From a virus: a stretch of 64,000 nucleotides of DNA. Positions within the stretch are counted from its first letter, which is position 1. Each line of letters begins with the position of its first letter. A program made the translations under genes and the position numbers. This document shows, one piece after another, positions 47,773-56,768 of the stretch. The notes below the pieces were generated by a model. That model did not search any database. It was given only the letters and a program-made list of their open reading frames with translations, and was not told the origin of the DNA. The stretch lies in IMG/VR virus record IMGVR_UViG_3300025098_000014; one strand, given 5' to 3'.

Positions 47773-48059
47773 TCAGAAAGCAGTTCGTTGTATGCTTGAA
47801 GGATATGTGACTCAGGATCAACTAGAGTCAGAATAGTATCACTTTGAATTCTGCATTTCTTATCAGAAGAAATGTTCAGTACTTTCCAAGGTACAAGACG
47901 ATCTTTATACGGACCCTTGAACCCATCCTCTTGAGGAATAAACTCATAGGGGTTGTCTAACTCACAATCGGGTTCTCCAATGTCAGCACCAACTTCCTTA
48001 ATACCTGCAATAATACAGAGGTAGTCTTCCTTGAATACGATTACTTTAATTGGATCCAT
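47769..48059 (-). CDS. hypothetical protein (Sm-like fold candidate)
   Basis: DIGEPDC.L..PY...PW...ILTLVDP. Confidence 0.7.
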   Translation of the reverse strand: MDPIKVIVFKEDYLCIIAGIKEVGADIGEPDCELDNPYEFIPQEDGFKGPYKDRLVPWKVLNISSDKKCRIQSDTILTLVDPESHILQAYNELLSE

Positions 48060-48357
48060 CAGTTACCTCTTGATACATTTTTTTGAGATCAGCGACTGGT
48101 TCAAAGATAGTTTGAACCGAATTTGGATTTACAATGAAGGTAGTCTCTTGAGTAAGAGGTTGCCAAGTAGCAAGAGATACTTGAGATGTATTCTCTGCGG
48201 TTTCATTATTATCTTCTGATAGCAGCATGGTTGGCTGCATGATAACACGAAATGGTTTAGTGAACATGTATTGACGAGCCTTATCTTCAGGGTCAATCAA
48301 CTCTTTAATGTCAGCAATGATGGAGTCATTGCCGATGATAGCAATTCTAACGGACAT
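48046..48357 (-). CDS. hypothetical protein (Sm-like fold candidate)
   Basis: IIADIKE...KPF...WQPLT...IFEP. Confidence 0.7.
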   Translation of the reverse strand: MSVRIAIIGNDSIIADIKELIDPEDKARQYMFTKPFRVIMQPTMLLSEDNNETAENTSQVSLATWQPLTQETTFIVNPNSVQTIFEPVADLKKMYQEVTDGSN

Positions 48358-48389
48358 AATGCAGTTTTTACCTCTTCCTATTATACCAT

Positions 48390-48414
48390 AAAAAAGGGGG
48401 GCATACACCCCCCT
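48390..48414 (-). terminator. terminator after hsp20, abutting an extended -10 (TGGTATAAT)
   Basis: AGGGGGG-TGTATG-CCCCCCT followed by a T tract. Confidence 0.75.
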
Positions 48415-48422
48415 GCCGATAT

Positions 48423-48857
48423 TTAGAACCAATCTTTCCGTTGATGATGCTCTGGAACTATCCTAGCCAAACATATTGAAAGGAGTCCATCCTCAAATTC
48501 TACACTCTTCACTTCTACATCCTCAGAGAGCGTCCATACCCTCGTAAAGGACCTCTGTGCTAGTCCCTTATGCTGATAAGTAGTTTCGGTCTCCTTGTCC
48601 TCTTTCTGACCCTCTACAAAGAGTTTGCCATCCTGTGTATAGACAAATAACTCTGCTTTTTTAAACCCTGCCAGGGCGATCTCTAGCCTGGACTCTACAG
48701 AATTTATGGATACTAGATTGTAGGGAGGATAATTAGTAGTGGTCTCATGTAGTGAGTATAAACGATCAAAGTATTCGTTCATACCAATGCTATTGCGGTG
48801 AACACGATCCAAAAATTGGTCGATGTTAGACGCACCATACTTAGTAAGGTCGGTCAT
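48423..48857 (-). CDS. hsp20: small heat shock protein (Hsp20/IbpA family)
   Basis: NYPPYNL, LEIALAGF, HKGLAQRSF.R, FEDGLL, IVPEH. Confidence 0.95.
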   Translation of the reverse strand: MTDLTKYGASNIDQFLDRVHRNSIGMNEYFDRLYSLHETTTNYPPYNLVSINSVESRLEIALAGFKKAELFVYTQDGKLFVEGQKEDKETETTYQHKGLAQRSFTRVWTLSEDVEVKSVEFEDGLLSICLARIVPEHHQRKDWF

Positions 48858-48908
48858 TTTTAGCTCCTTTAAAAGCGAGTTTGTATTGTGTGGACCCCGA
48901 AGGCATCC
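48858..48908 (-). promoter_or_regulatory. structured hsp20 leader, ROSE-like RNA thermometer candidate
   Basis: cUUCGg hairpin GGAUGCC-UUCG-GGGUCC, then CUCGCUU-UUA-AAGGAG pairing the SD with a bulged G. Confidence 0.6.
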
Positions 48909-48930
48909 ACTAATATTTATCAAACAACAT

Positions 48931-48964
48931 TAAAAAACGGGGTAGAGAACCCCGTATTTTTTTA
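48931..48964. terminator. bidirectional terminator between regA and hsp20
   Basis: A-tract ACGGGG-TAGAGAA-CCCCGT T-tract. Confidence 0.75.
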
Positions 48965-49062
48965 TTCGGTTTACATTAATTGGGAAGGGGGCGTGAATCC
49001 CCCTATCTACTTTGGTAGCGAATCCGTCGTAGAGAGTCGCGCACGAAAGAGCGACGATTTAT

Positions 49063-49506
49063 TTATGAATTCTCTTCACTTTCAACTTTAACTTTACGAC
49101 CAATATTGTACTTAGTCTCCAAGGTCCAATTTCCTTTATCTTTATATGCTAAGACTTTGATCTGATTGAGGGGAGCAATATCTTGAATCCTTTCTGCATT
49201 AACAACAGAAATAAGTCCCCAGTCAGCAAGCAATTGAGTAATTCTATTGCGTCTTTGAACATCATTTAAAGTAAGATTTGCTTTCTTACCATCAAGAGCA
49301 AACAACTCTTTAAAATGTACGATGAAATACCTTCCTTGCTTATGCAAGATATGGCATGACTGATAAAGTTTTTTTTCTTTTCTAGATGCTACGCCAATTC
49401 TAGTTAGCGTTTCTCTCACTTTTAAGAAATCATCCGGTTCACTGAGAGAAACTTCTACCATTTCTTCAGACGACCACTCAACGGTCGGTTCAATAACGAC
49501 GCTCAT
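49063..49506 (-). CDS. regA: translational repressor RegA
   Basis: DDFLKVRETLTRIGVA, LYQSCHILHKQG.Y.IVHFKE. Confidence 0.97.
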   Translation of the reverse strand: MSVVIEPTVEWSSEEMVEVSLSEPDDFLKVRETLTRIGVASRKEKKLYQSCHILHKQGRYFIVHFKELFALDGKKANLTLNDVQRRNRITQLLADWGLISVVNAERIQDIAPLNQIKVLAYKDKGNWTLETKYNIGRKVKVESEENS

Positions 49507-49527
49507 GTCAAAAACAAAAACTTTTTA

Positions 49528-50370
49528 TTATTTAGCTAAACTCCTCTTGACATTCTCTAACGATGGTTTAAGTATTTCATAGGTTTCCTTATAAGCCATT
49601 TTATTGATCCATCGCTTATCCCAAAACTCTTCTAATTTGCAATCTTTGCCTGTGTGATCTTCATATATTCCCATGAATACACTCAGTAAATCCCAGTGGC
49701 AGTTTGGAAAATACTGAGGTGACAAACAAACAAAGATATGATCGTAATCATACTCCCCATGATCATACTCTTCTGCAGTTGCAAACCCCCAGTCAGCATA
49801 CTCTCCGACATGATTGCAAATAAATCTATTTACAGGACTCCTAGTATCTTCTTCAGATTTATCTCCATTATGAATCCATACCATTCTCTTCAGTTTACCT
49901 AAGGTGTGTAGATAAGCTCCCCAACTTCCCTCGTCAACTTTACCATAAGCCTTTGTCAGGTGATACTCTAAGAGGTGAAGTGCTAGAAAAGTTTCATTAC
50001 TGTAGTCACCGGTATCAGTTTCAATCTTATCGATGTAGCATCCTGCTAGAAAGTCATCATGATGATCGATATTAATTATTTCCAGATCATCTTTATCTAG
50101 AACAGAGTCGAGAATATAATCATGATCCAATCCAAAGGCAACAGTTATATTTGGATTAGCTGTCAATGCTTTTGTAAAGGTGTCTAACATATAGTCTAGA
50201 CACTTTTCATCAATAATTTTTTCTCTCTGCTTAAGATCAGGATATTTTTTAAAGTATAGATTCCATTTTGTAGTCGGATGCCACTCATCCCAGAGTTCAT
50301 CATCTTCATTGGGCCAGTCTTCAACATTAGGAAAACAATAATCAATATCAATGCTAAGAACTTTTGTCAT
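49528..50370 (-). CDS. arginase/deacetylase-fold (UPF0489-like) metallohydrolase candidate
   Basis: VLSIDIDY, HDYI, IINIDHHDD, EGSW, FVCLSPQY. Confidence 0.6.
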   Translation of the reverse strand: MTKVLSIDIDYCFPNVEDWPNEDDELWDEWHPTTKWNLYFKKYPDLKQREKIIDEKCLDYMLDTFTKALTANPNITVAFGLDHDYILDSVLDKDDLEIINIDHHDDFLAGCYIDKIETDTGDYSNETFLALHLLEYHLTKAYGKVDEGSWGAYLHTLGKLKRMVWIHNGDKSEEDTRSPVNRFICNHVGEYADWGFATAEEYDHGEYDYDHIFVCLSPQYFPNCHWDLLSVFMGIYEDHTGKDCKLEEFWDKRWINKMAYKETYEILKPSLENVKRSLAK

Positions 50371-50744
50371 TTAATTCCACCTGTGTCGAGTTTTTTACGA
50401 ATATACTCTAGTTGTTCTGGCATAAGAATCTTCAGAGCTTGCTGAGCTTTCTCATTGTTATACTTATAATATTTTTTTACAAGTTCCAAATCTGCAATCT
50501 TTTCTTGGCGCAACCAAGGAGAGAATCTTTTCTTCTTTCTAATGCTATGTAGCAGGAATTGGTACTGCATATCTTTTGACAAATGATTGTTCTTATTCAT
50601 CTCATTCGCAAACAGAATTGCATCCAAATGTCCAGAGAGGCAGCGGTTTACAATGTAAGGAGGATACTTTTTAATATCTTCAGGATCCTCACTTAGATCT
50701 TCTTTAGTGAGGTTAATAGAATTAAGCCAGTCTTTTAATTCCAT
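50367..50744 (-). CDS. clamp loader small subunit (T4 gp62)
   Basis: WLNSIN, YPPYIVNRCLS, ANEMN, RKKKRFSPW. Confidence 0.93.
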   Translation of the reverse strand: MELKDWLNSINLTKEDLSEDPEDIKKYPPYIVNRCLSGHLDAILFANEMNKNNHLSKDMQYQFLLHSIRKKKRFSPWLRQEKIADLELVKKYYKYNNEKAQQALKILMPEQLEYIRKKLDTGGIK

Positions 50745-52435
50745 AACAAATAATTTCCAATAACAAGATAATCAATATCCATTTTTGTAAAAGAGGAGAT
50801 GGCATCCTCTGGAGTTTCAATGATTGGTTCTCCACTCTGATTGAATGAAGTATTCAATAATACTGGTGGTTGAAGTTTAGAAAGGAGTCGATACATCCTA
50901 GCATTCTGTTGCTCATTTACAGTTTGAATTCTACACGACATATCCTTGTGAGTAATTGCCGGAAGTTTCTTAGTGATAGAAGTTTGAGAATACAACATAT
51001 ACGGACTCACAAAACCAGGATCAAAGTACTCACCAACTTTTTCTTCTAACATTATACCAGCAAAAGGACGCCAGGTCTCTCTCTTTTTAACCCTATCATT
51101 CAGAATATCTTTGTTTTCAGATCTCTTAGGACTCATCAACAATGATCTAGATCCCAAAGACCTAGGACCATATTCTGACCTGCCTTGGAACCAACCAACG
51201 ATCTTATTATCATCCAATTCTTTTGCTAGGAATTCGCAGAGATCATCAAAATTATCATAATACTTACAATTTTTTTCTTCTGGAACAAAGTCATCATAAG
51301 ATTTACCTAGTAGTGCAATATTATGTGGCAATTCAATAGTTTCTTTAGATCTATAAGCACCCCAAGCTGCTGCACCAAAATGAATTCCAGAGTCATTAGT
51401 AAATGGAGGAATATGAATGTTACGGAACAATGGTCTCAATATAGTATTTGCACATACATTAAGGAAAGTTCCTCCAGCAAAACAATTATCTTCTTCTAGA
51501 TAGTCTTTTTTTAATTCATGTATAAAATACTCAAGACTTTTTTCAAACCAATACTGAACATAGTATGCTTTATCTTCTACAGTTCCCTTCAGATTATTAT
51601 ACAACATTTCATAGTCATAGAAATGCACTTCTGGCATTCCAGTTTCCCAACGATCAATACCAAAATGAGATGTAGGAAACAAAGTAGATATGCATGTAGG
51701 AGGTCCTTGACCTTCTAACAACTTACCATAAGCGGACAACCCCATGATCTTACCTTCTTTTGGAGTTACATCAAAGTTTTGAGCAAACTGAAGATTTTCT
51801 ACTACATCAGGTTTTAATTTAGACTCTTGCCGCATTGATTCTTTATGCTTATCATCATAAATCATCTGAGACATATTACAATAGTACTCACCAAATGAGT
51901 TCATACCTAGATCACCAGTTCCCCTAAAGAATCGGAAGATGCGTTTACTCTTATCAAAATATCCAATACTATTACTTTCACCACCACGAGTATGACCACT
52001 AGCAAAATCCCAAATCCCACTACCAAGTCCATCAAGAGTTAAGAAACTACCACTATTGAAAGGTGAAGTAAAGACTGTAGATGCTGCATGGCAAAGATGA
52101 TGTGACAATAACCAAATCTCAGCATTAGGAAACTGTTCCTTAATGATCCTACTTGCAGTACCATCTACAAGTTGTTTCTGAAATATATCAGGATAAGATG
52201 TAGGGTAACAAACAACATCAATTTCTTCTTTTGTATATCCACCAAGAACATATTCAATAGACTTATATGGAAAATTACCCTCATCTTTAATACGAGTCAA
52301 TCTTTCTTCATTAATGCTTCTAATATGAATTCCATTAATGAACAGAGTTGCTCCTGCATCATGAATATAAGTATCAGGTGTGTCAAAAAGATTTGCATCC
52401 CAATCTAAAGCACCATAGATTCCAATAATTTTCAT
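50735..52435 (-). CDS. carbamoyltransferase (NodU/CmcH/TobZ family)
   Basis: HDAGA, EERLTRIK, HHLCHAAS, DGLG, EGKIMGLSAYG, EYGPRSLGSRS, WRPFA, LNTSFN. Confidence 0.93.
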   Translation of the reverse strand: MKIIGIYGALDWDANLFDTPDTYIHDAGATLFINGIHIRSINEERLTRIKDEGNFPYKSIEYVLGGYTKEEIDVVCYPTSYPDIFQKQLVDGTASRIIKEQFPNAEIWLLSHHLCHAASTVFTSPFNSGSFLTLDGLGSGIWDFASGHTRGGESNSIGYFDKSKRIFRFFRGTGDLGMNSFGEYYCNMSQMIYDDKHKESMRQESKLKPDVVENLQFAQNFDVTPKEGKIMGLSAYGKLLEGQGPPTCISTLFPTSHFGIDRWETGMPEVHFYDYEMLYNNLKGTVEDKAYYVQYWFEKSLEYFIHELKKDYLEEDNCFAGGTFLNVCANTILRPLFRNIHIPPFTNDSGIHFGAAAWGAYRSKETIELPHNIALLGKSYDDFVPEEKNCKYYDNFDDLCEFLAKELDDNKIVGWFQGRSEYGPRSLGSRSLLMSPKRSENKDILNDRVKKRETWRPFAGIMLEEKVGEYFDPGFVSPYMLYSQTSITKKLPAITHKDMSCRIQTVNEQQNARMYRLLSKLQPPVLLNTSFNQSGEPIIETPEDAISSFTKMDIDYLVIGNYLLWN

Positions 52436-53262
52436 TACTCTACCTCATAATTCATAAGAACTAATTCTTTACGATCTTGCTGCTCCTGCATATATTGACC
52501 AACAGATCTCATAGTGTATGTAAGGTCGAACTCAGATGCTTTCCAGTTTTTAAACCTATCCTTTACAAGTTGAGATGAATTATAAGATATTAATTGATGC
52601 CCTTTACACTGATCACAATCAATAGCAAACTTATCGTGACCAAACCTCTTATGCATATCACCCTTATTCCCATAAAGATTATCTTTGATATCATATGGAG
52701 GATCTAGATATGTAAAAACTTCTGGATCATCAGTAAGGAGTTCATCGTAGGAAAGGTTTGTGATCTTCCAATTCTTAATGATCGATGAATATCCAGGAAT
52801 TCTATCAATGCCTCGCATTGAGAAGTTACTTTCGGATGCTTGTTTTGAAAAAGAACTAGATTCAGTAAGACCAGAGAAAGAACATTTGTTGACAACATAA
52901 AAAGCAACAGCACGAATTAAGTTACTCCTCTCAAGATCATTAACTTTCTCCTTTGAGAACAAAAACAAATCCTTTGCCCTATCTGGATTAGGATGAAGAT
53001 TCTTGAGTTTTACTAACTCATCTCGTAACACGATACCATTACTCTGGATCTGTTCCCAAAAGTTAACTAAGGGTTCATATAAATCACTTACCCATACTCT
53101 AGAGTCTGGATATCTTTTAGACCACTCTATAGCAAATGAACCACCTCCTAGAAAAGGTTCACGAAGTTCATCGTATTTCCTGTTAGGCAAATACGCAAAT
53201 AACTTTTGCACTGCTCTAGACTTACCACCAGGATAACGAAGAGGGGTTTTATAAGCTTTCAT
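52435..53262 (-). CDS. dam: DNA adenine methyltransferase (Dam/D12 class)
   Basis: LRYPGGKS, EPFLGGGS, YLDPPY. Confidence 0.93.
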   Translation of the reverse strand: MKAYKTPLRYPGGKSRAVQKLFAYLPNRKYDELREPFLGGGSFAIEWSKRYPDSRVWVSDLYEPLVNFWEQIQSNGIVLRDELVKLKNLHPNPDRAKDLFLFSKEKVNDLERSNLIRAVAFYVVNKCSFSGLTESSSFSKQASESNFSMRGIDRIPGYSSIIKNWKITNLSYDELLTDDPEVFTYLDPPYDIKDNLYGNKGDMHKRFGHDKFAIDCDQCKGHQLISYNSSQLVKDRFKNWKASEFDLTYTMRSVGQYMQEQQDRKELVLMNYEVE

Positions 53263-54203
53263 TTAAATTTACACTCCACCATAATTTCTGTCAATGCTGC
53301 TAGAAGATTGATCTCTTGATCTGCTACGAACGCAATTTGATATTGATACTTAGCAATAATGAGCACAGCAGCAGCAATGCTAGGACCGTCCAAGGATGTA
53401 ACAAGAGCATCGTAAACACGACGAAGAAGTACACTAGAATCGTTGTCCAAATTAGAAACGACCCACTTCCTAACCGCCTGAAAATCTTTGTTCTTGAGTT
53501 TTTGAATAAGATCATTTACTTTTATATCTCCAAATTCAGCAAGAATAGCTGAATCTATTTTACCACCAACAGAATATCTTTGGCACTCATTTAATACACG
53601 ACGCCAATCAGGGAAGTGTTTATTGATAAGTTCTAGAAGGACCTTGTTATCATATTCAACACCCTCTGCACCCAAGATTTCTTGGAGACGCTTGAAGAAC
53701 TCTGCTGCGATTGCTGGTTTTTTACTTCCGGTGATTCCAAACTCAATGACTGCACATCTGGAGTGGAGTGGTTCGATGAGTTTGTTTTTGTAGTTGCAGG
53801 TGAAGATGAATCTGCAATTGTTATAAAATGCCTCAATGTTTGCCCTAAGGAGGAGCTGTACATCATGGGTTGTGTTGTCAGCTTCGTCAATGATGATGAC
53901 TTTGTGGTTAGCATCTGATGAAAGCGAAACGGTCGAAGCAAAGTTCTTTGCTTGATTCCGCACCGTGTCAAGAAATCTTCCTTCATCTGATCCATTTATA
54001 ATTATATAGTCGCAGTTAAGTTGCTCACACATGGCACGAGCAATGGTAGTTTTACCACAACCTGCAGGACCAGCAAGGAGCATGTTAGGGATCTCACCCT
54101 GCTTCAAAAATTCTTTAAATGTATTCTTAGTAGACTCTGGAAGAATACATTCATCAATAGTTTTGGGACGATACTTTTCGACCCAAAGGAACTCATTACG
54201 CAT
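53259..54203 (-). CDS. clamp loader large subunit (T4 gp44)
   Basis: LWVEKYRP, GPAGCGKT, IIDEAD, PLHSRC. Confidence 0.96.
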   Translation of the reverse strand: MRNEFLWVEKYRPKTIDECILPESTKNTFKEFLKQGEIPNMLLAGPAGCGKTTIARAMCEQLNCDYIIINGSDEGRFLDTVRNQAKNFASTVSLSSDANHKVIIIDEADNTTHDVQLLLRANIEAFYNNCRFIFTCNYKNKLIEPLHSRCAVIEFGITGSKKPAIAAEFFKRLQEILGAEGVEYDNKVLLELINKHFPDWRRVLNECQRYSVGGKIDSAILAEFGDIKVNDLIQKLKNKDFQAVRKWVVSNLDNDSSVLLRRVYDALVTSLDGPSIAAAVLIIAKYQYQIAFVADQEINLLAALTEIMVECKFK

Positions 54204-54360
54204 AGATGCCATCATAATCAATAATAAATTTGTCCTTTAAGTGCCAGTGAATGTCATCATGCACTTGTTGCATTGCGTTGTGTTTGATTGCCCAGTAATC
54301 ATCATCATCGTCGATGAGGACATTGACTTGGGTTTTCACATCAACTCTAATTGCTTTCAT
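54196..54360 (-). CDS. small hypothetical protein
   Basis: Manual translation MKAIRVDVKTQVNVLIDDDDDYWAIKH...DGIYA* (54 aa), coupled. Confidence 0.6.
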   Translation of the reverse strand: MKAIRVDVKTQVNVLIDDDDDYWAIKHNAMQQVHDDIHWHLKDKFIIDYDGIYA

Positions 54361-54872
54361 CACACCCACTCAGGTTTACGATCTGGAATACGAAGGTAAT
54401 TATCACATACCCAAGGCTTAGAAGCAATATACATCTTATAAGCAGTTATAGTATCGATACTGTCATCAAATTTATACTCCTCAGGCATTGCACGAACGAA
54501 AGGAGTATGGTCATCATAACTCACTGTTGGGATAATTGCATCAGCAGCGAGAAGAGTCTTGTAGCAGGTATGATTTTTTCCATACCGATTATAATACTCG
54601 TCACATAATGCTATACCATGAGCGAGCAACCATCTAGTGTTTGCTACAGTCTCGTTTGCCCAGATAGTGCAAGGGTGATTACGGAACGCTCCCTTGTCCG
54701 TAGCATAGGGGTTACCGTCTTTCTTAGGCAATGTACCATAACCATGTCCCCACTTGTCTGAGGCGACTATAGAGAGCATCTGGCAGGTCTCCAGGGGCAT
54801 CTTGACGATGTGCTTGTCTGGTAGGACAGCAGCAGATTTCCATGGAGACTCATCAGTGACAAAGATATTCAT
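54360..54872 (-). CDS. pyrimidine-dimer DNA glycosylase / DenV-family protein
   Basis: MNIF..., DKHIVKMPLETCQML, HPCTIW, EY..RYGK.H, AMP. Confidence 0.8.
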   Translation of the reverse strand: MNIFVTDESPWKSAAVLPDKHIVKMPLETCQMLSIVASDKWGHGYGTLPKKDGNPYATDKGAFRNHPCTIWANETVANTRWLLAHGIALCDEYYNRYGKNHTCYKTLLAADAIIPTVSYDDHTPFVRAMPEEYKFDDSIDTITAYKMYIASKPWVCDNYLRIPDRKPEWV

Positions 54873-55012
54873 TCAAATACTGCCGTTACACCCATAATAG
54901 TTGCTGAAGGGTTTCTTGCCAATGCAATTTTCCTAGCATCTTGATAATCTGTAGCAATCACAACTTCTTCAAAGACTGTGCCTGCTTTGTATAGTTGCAC
55001 TTTGCACTTCAT
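54869..55012 (-). CDS. small conserved hypothetical protein
   Basis: Manual translation MKCKVQLYKAGTVFEEVVIATDYQDARKIALARNPSATIMGVTAVFE*. Confidence 0.7.
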   Translation of the reverse strand: MKCKVQLYKAGTVFEEVVIATDYQDARKIALARNPSATIMGVTAVFE

Positions 55013-55015
55013 TTA

Positions 55016-55693
55016 TCAACCTTCATAAGTTGAATCTGGCTCGAGTGCGATGTAGTAATCAAGATTATAATCACCACTAGAGTTGGTAAATTTAGAAAGA
55101 AGTTTCTTAGAGATTACAACATCATAAGATCCGTCAATCAGTTTCAGGTTCTCAATTTTAAAGTTGAAATCAAATGTCTTATCAGTCTTACCAACAATCA
55201 AAGCATACTCATTGGAGTTACTATTCTTCTTATCACGAACAGTGAGCGTGATATTTGCACCGTCACCAACAGCAGCAAGATCGGGCAACTGATACACTGA
55301 TGCGGCTTTCAGTATGTTTGATAGTTGTGATGACTCCAATTGAAATTGAACATCAATACTAGGAAGTTTGATTTCTTTTTCTGGAGGAGCGATAATAACA
55401 TCAGGATCAGCAAAAGCAAACTTAACTTTTGTACTCTTACCTTCACGGAGGATCATGTAGGCATCATGCTTCAGATCAATGTCTGGATCCCTCATGAGGT
55501 CCACACCATTCAAGAATTGAGGAAGATCATAGATGCCAAAGTCTTTCTCAAAGTCCTCACCAACCTCTGCCTCAGCAAGGATATTCTTCATTACCGAAAT
55601 GGTACGAAGTTTGGAACCTTTCTTTACCAGAATTGACTGGTTGATAGAAGAAAAGTTTTCCAATAAATTAATAGTTTCTTTAGAAAGTTTCAT
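55016..55693 (-). CDS. DNA polymerase sliding clamp (T4 gp45)
   Basis: MKLSKETINLLENFSSINQSI, FGIYDL.QFL, YYIALE. Confidence 0.95.
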   Translation of the reverse strand: MKLSKETINLLENFSSINQSILVKKGSKLRTISVMKNILAEAEVGEDFEKDFGIYDLPQFLNGVDLMRDPDIDLKHDAYMILREGKSTKVKFAFADPDVIIAPPEKEIKLPSIDVQFQLESSQLSNILKAASVYQLPDLAAVGDGANITLTVRDKKNSNSNEYALIVGKTDKTFDFNFKIENLKLIDGSYDVVISKKLLSKFTNSSGDYNLDYYIALEPDSTYEG

Positions 55694-56165
55694 ATCCACG
55701 CTCGATAGTCTCCTGGTCTAAGCCATAAAAGTGATAGAGAAGAACAGCATAATGGATGATCTTCTTGATGTCCATTCTAGCAGATCCCTTCTTGTTGTAA
55801 CGGGATGCATACTTAAGAATGTTGCCACGACAAAACGCAGCACCGTCTCCACAGGATTCAATCAGATCAAGTGTCTGAATGCCGTTGGAAGCATTGTAAT
55901 GAGCACGATATGTGCCGGAAATATATTCTTTTACCTCTTCAAGAATTTTGTCTTCGTTATACTTATAAACATTCTTATACGGTTTGGGTTTTTCAACCTC
56001 ATCGTTTTGCCTAGGCCAAACAAATCCATCCGCAGTCAATTCATAATCATTTGACTTCTGTTCCGTTTTTTCTGGAGTGTATTCAAACCCACCATTTTGC
56101 TTTACCCATTCAAGTTCGTCTTCAGGACCGTACATTTCGTCATATAAAAGAGACCATGAATTCAT
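55680..56165 (-). CDS. DUF3310-like protein
   Basis: TY.AHY, QTLDLI, FCRGNILKYASRY.KKG...D..K..HY. Confidence 0.75.
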   Translation of the reverse strand: MNSWSLLYDEMYGPEDELEWVKQNGGFEYTPEKTEQKSNDYELTADGFVWPRQNDEVEKPKPYKNVYKYNEDKILEEVKEYISGTYRAHYNASNGIQTLDLIESCGDGAAFCRGNILKYASRYNKKGSARMDIKKIIHYAVLLYHFYGLDQETIERGYETF

Positions 56166-56177
56166 TGTAGCACTTCC

Positions 56178-56768
56178 TCAGTTGAATTGCAAGTCAAATA
56201 TATTAAAACTCATCGAGATTCTAGTCACATCACTTTTGAATGGATAGACGCAATGAGCAAGATCACCAGGAAACATGTATAGATCTCCTGTTTTCGGTGT
56301 TACCTTAGCATATCCAGGGCTAAAGAATGATTTGGCATGGATAAACTCCAGCATACCAGCAGAAAATGTATTAGTTTTATCAACCCACTGTTCCCGCTCT
56401 TTATCAATCTCCTCAGGAACATCAATAAATGCCACCACACTCAGAGTACCGTCATGAACATGCAGAGGATTAAACTCATGCTGTTTCATATAATTAATCC
56501 AAGGACCAGGACCTAGATGATAACTGAACTCTCCACTGCCCTTTTTAACCTGGGTACAGAATTGTATGATGTGGTGTTCAACAAAACTGTTGAACGCAGG
56601 TTTGTCGTCTACAACTGCCTCATTTTGAATTTGAATATTGCCAGCAAGACCATAACCGACAGATTCACTATCTACAGATTTACTAGCAATATCCTTGAGC
56701 ATTGAAAGATGTTCCTCCAATATAGCAGTGTGATATATCGGAGGACCAAAAAAATTAAGAATTGTCAT
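56178..56768 (-). CDS. putative 2OG-Fe(II) oxygenase
   Basis: WINYMKQHEFNPLHVH, LSVV, GDLYMFP..L.HCVYPF, RISMSFN. Confidence 0.8.
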   Translation of the reverse strand: MTILNFFGPPIYHTAILEEHLSMLKDIASKSVDSESVGYGLAGNIQIQNEAVVDDKPAFNSFVEHHIIQFCTQVKKGSGEFSYHLGPGPWINYMKQHEFNPLHVHDGTLSVVAFIDVPEEIDKEREQWVDKTNTFSAGMLEFIHAKSFFSPGYAKVTPKTGDLYMFPGDLAHCVYPFKSDVTRISMSFNIFDLQFN

